Made by a program: the position numbers and the translations under genes. From an uncultured Lentisphaerota bacterium (lineage in GTDB: Bacteria; Verrucomicrobiota; Lentisphaeria; Victivallales; GWF2-50-93), in the NCBI GenBank assembly GCA_903872565.1, contig CAIQLG010000189.1, positions 1 through 62,603 of the forward strand: a stretch of DNA of 62,603 nucleotides, read 5' to 3'. The notes under the pieces are model-generated. The model was not told the DNA's origin, made no database searches, and saw only the letters and a list, made by a program, of their open reading frames with translations. Numbering within the stretch: the first letter of the stretch is position 1; each line of letters begins with the position of its first letter. Below, one piece after another: positions 62,060 to 62,603 of this stretch.

Positions 62060-62263
62060 TCATATCTTTTTTTCATTCTTGTTTTTTGTCATCCATAAGT
62101 TTACTCCCATTTTTTGTATCTTCACGATTTTCCCTGCAATAATAAGTTCTAATAAATATTTTTCTGCAGTATTCCAACTTAAATTAAATATTTTAGCAAT
62201 TTCAGAACTAGTAACTACCTTTTCTTTCTTTATAACATCTAGAATATTATTATGAATATCCAT
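62060..62263 (-). CDS. Small winged-helix DNA-binding protein (AT-rich, archaeal-like)
   Basis: ILDVIKKEKVVTSSEIAKIFNLSWNTAEKYLLEL...GKIVKIQKMGVNLW. Confidence 0.75.
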   Translation of the reverse strand: MDIHNNILDVIKKEKVVTSSEIAKIFNLSWNTAEKYLLELIIAGKIVKIQKMGVNLWMTKNKNEKKI

Positions 62264-62286
62264 ACTAATATTAATATCTACAGTTA

Positions 62287-62300
62287 TTTATAAAGCTTTC
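62287..62300 (-). promoter_or_regulatory. Archaeal-style BRE/TATA promoter
   Basis: Minus-strand GAAAGC-TTTATAAA ends 23 nt before ATG 62263. No SD. Confidence 0.55.
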
Positions 62301-62427
62301 TTATAATAGGGCTCTGTTGAAAAAGTTATAGGGAGTGAAAACATTGTTAAATGAATTGGATAGAATACAAAGAATTAATAATAGAGATGAAGACACATAT
62401 GAATGGCAGTACTATTATTCGGCGTAA

Positions 62428-62462
62428 CCCCACAATACTACGTATTGTATTTGAACCCTCTT
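62428..62462. repeat. Dispersed repeat, copy 3
   Basis: cccCACAATACTACGTATTGTATTTGAACCCTCTT. 30/32 identical to copy 2. Confidence 0.9.
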
Positions 62463-62528
62463 TTAAATGATGCCAAAAGTTCTTATATTTAAATTTTGGT
62501 TCGTTTTCATTTTAAGTGGGTACCTATT

Positions 62529-62603
62529 TTATGTTAGTGGTTCATAATGGGCGTTGACTTTGGTAAAGTCCAAGTCTCCTGTAACGAGATAAATTACAAC
62601 CAT
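62529..62603 (-). CDS. Gene end cut by the window edge, possibly a PIN-domain C-terminus
   Basis: ...VIYLVTGDLDFTKVNAHYEPLT*. LVTGDxDF resembles the last PIN motif. Confidence 0.25.
   Translation of the reverse strand: MVVIYLVTGDLDFTKVNAHYEPLT

Larger units (their letters stand above)
38098..62462. mobile_element. Putative ~24.3-kb defence island bounded by direct repeats
   Basis: Direct repeats 30/32 identical at both ends. Interior is GC-richer than the AT-rich flanks. Excisionase-like HTH at the left end. No integrase is visible. Confidence 0.45.

Noticed and set aside
61932-62255. 107-aa plus-strand ORF
   Set aside because: Its 3' two-thirds is the antisense of the convincing wHTH gene. 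At most the 5' part is a truncated remnant.
62344-62427. 27-codon TTG ORF ending right before repeat copy 3
   Set aside because: It has an SD-like GGGAGTGA but is too short and has no recognisable motif.
37704-62462. 32-bp repeats as a CRISPR array
   Set aside because: Only three copies, spaced 391 bp and about 24 kb apart. There is no regular spacer periodicity and no cas1, cas2 or effector gene.

Overview
The window is almost entirely an accessory defence region, with no housekeeping, rRNA or tRNA genes, no CRISPR array and no integrase. It has four parts. (1) 0.3-29.3 kb is one tightly packed minus-strand defence operon. Its core is DISARM/ARMADA-related: a YprA/DUF1998 helicase-nuclease, a SNF2 helicase and a type IIG-like N6-adenine methyltransferase. 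A HEPN-SNF2 plus GHKL-HNH gene pair interrupts the core, which is followed by a Dsr1-like sirtuin and an Azaca-like triad (unknown protein, PLD, SNF2). (2) 29.7-33.5 kb holds small nuclease and phosphoesterase cargo genes. (3) 33.7-38.1 kb is a HerA-like ATPase/winged-helix module with archaeal-style BRE-TATA promoters and a structure-rich non-coding patch. (4) 38.3-61.6 kb is a 16-gene plus-strand operon matching an extended type III CoCoNuT-like McrBC derivative: TerY-P triad, WXG100/FtsK ESX-like module, UPF1-like helicase, wHTH-HEPN effector, coiled-coil McrB, a McrC-N/Hsp70-like/CSD protein and a double-CARF nuclease. A 32-bp repeat with a palindromic core (ACAATAC-N3-GTATTGT) occurs three times, and two copies bracket part 4. 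All protein calls come from motifs recognised by eye; no database searches were run.
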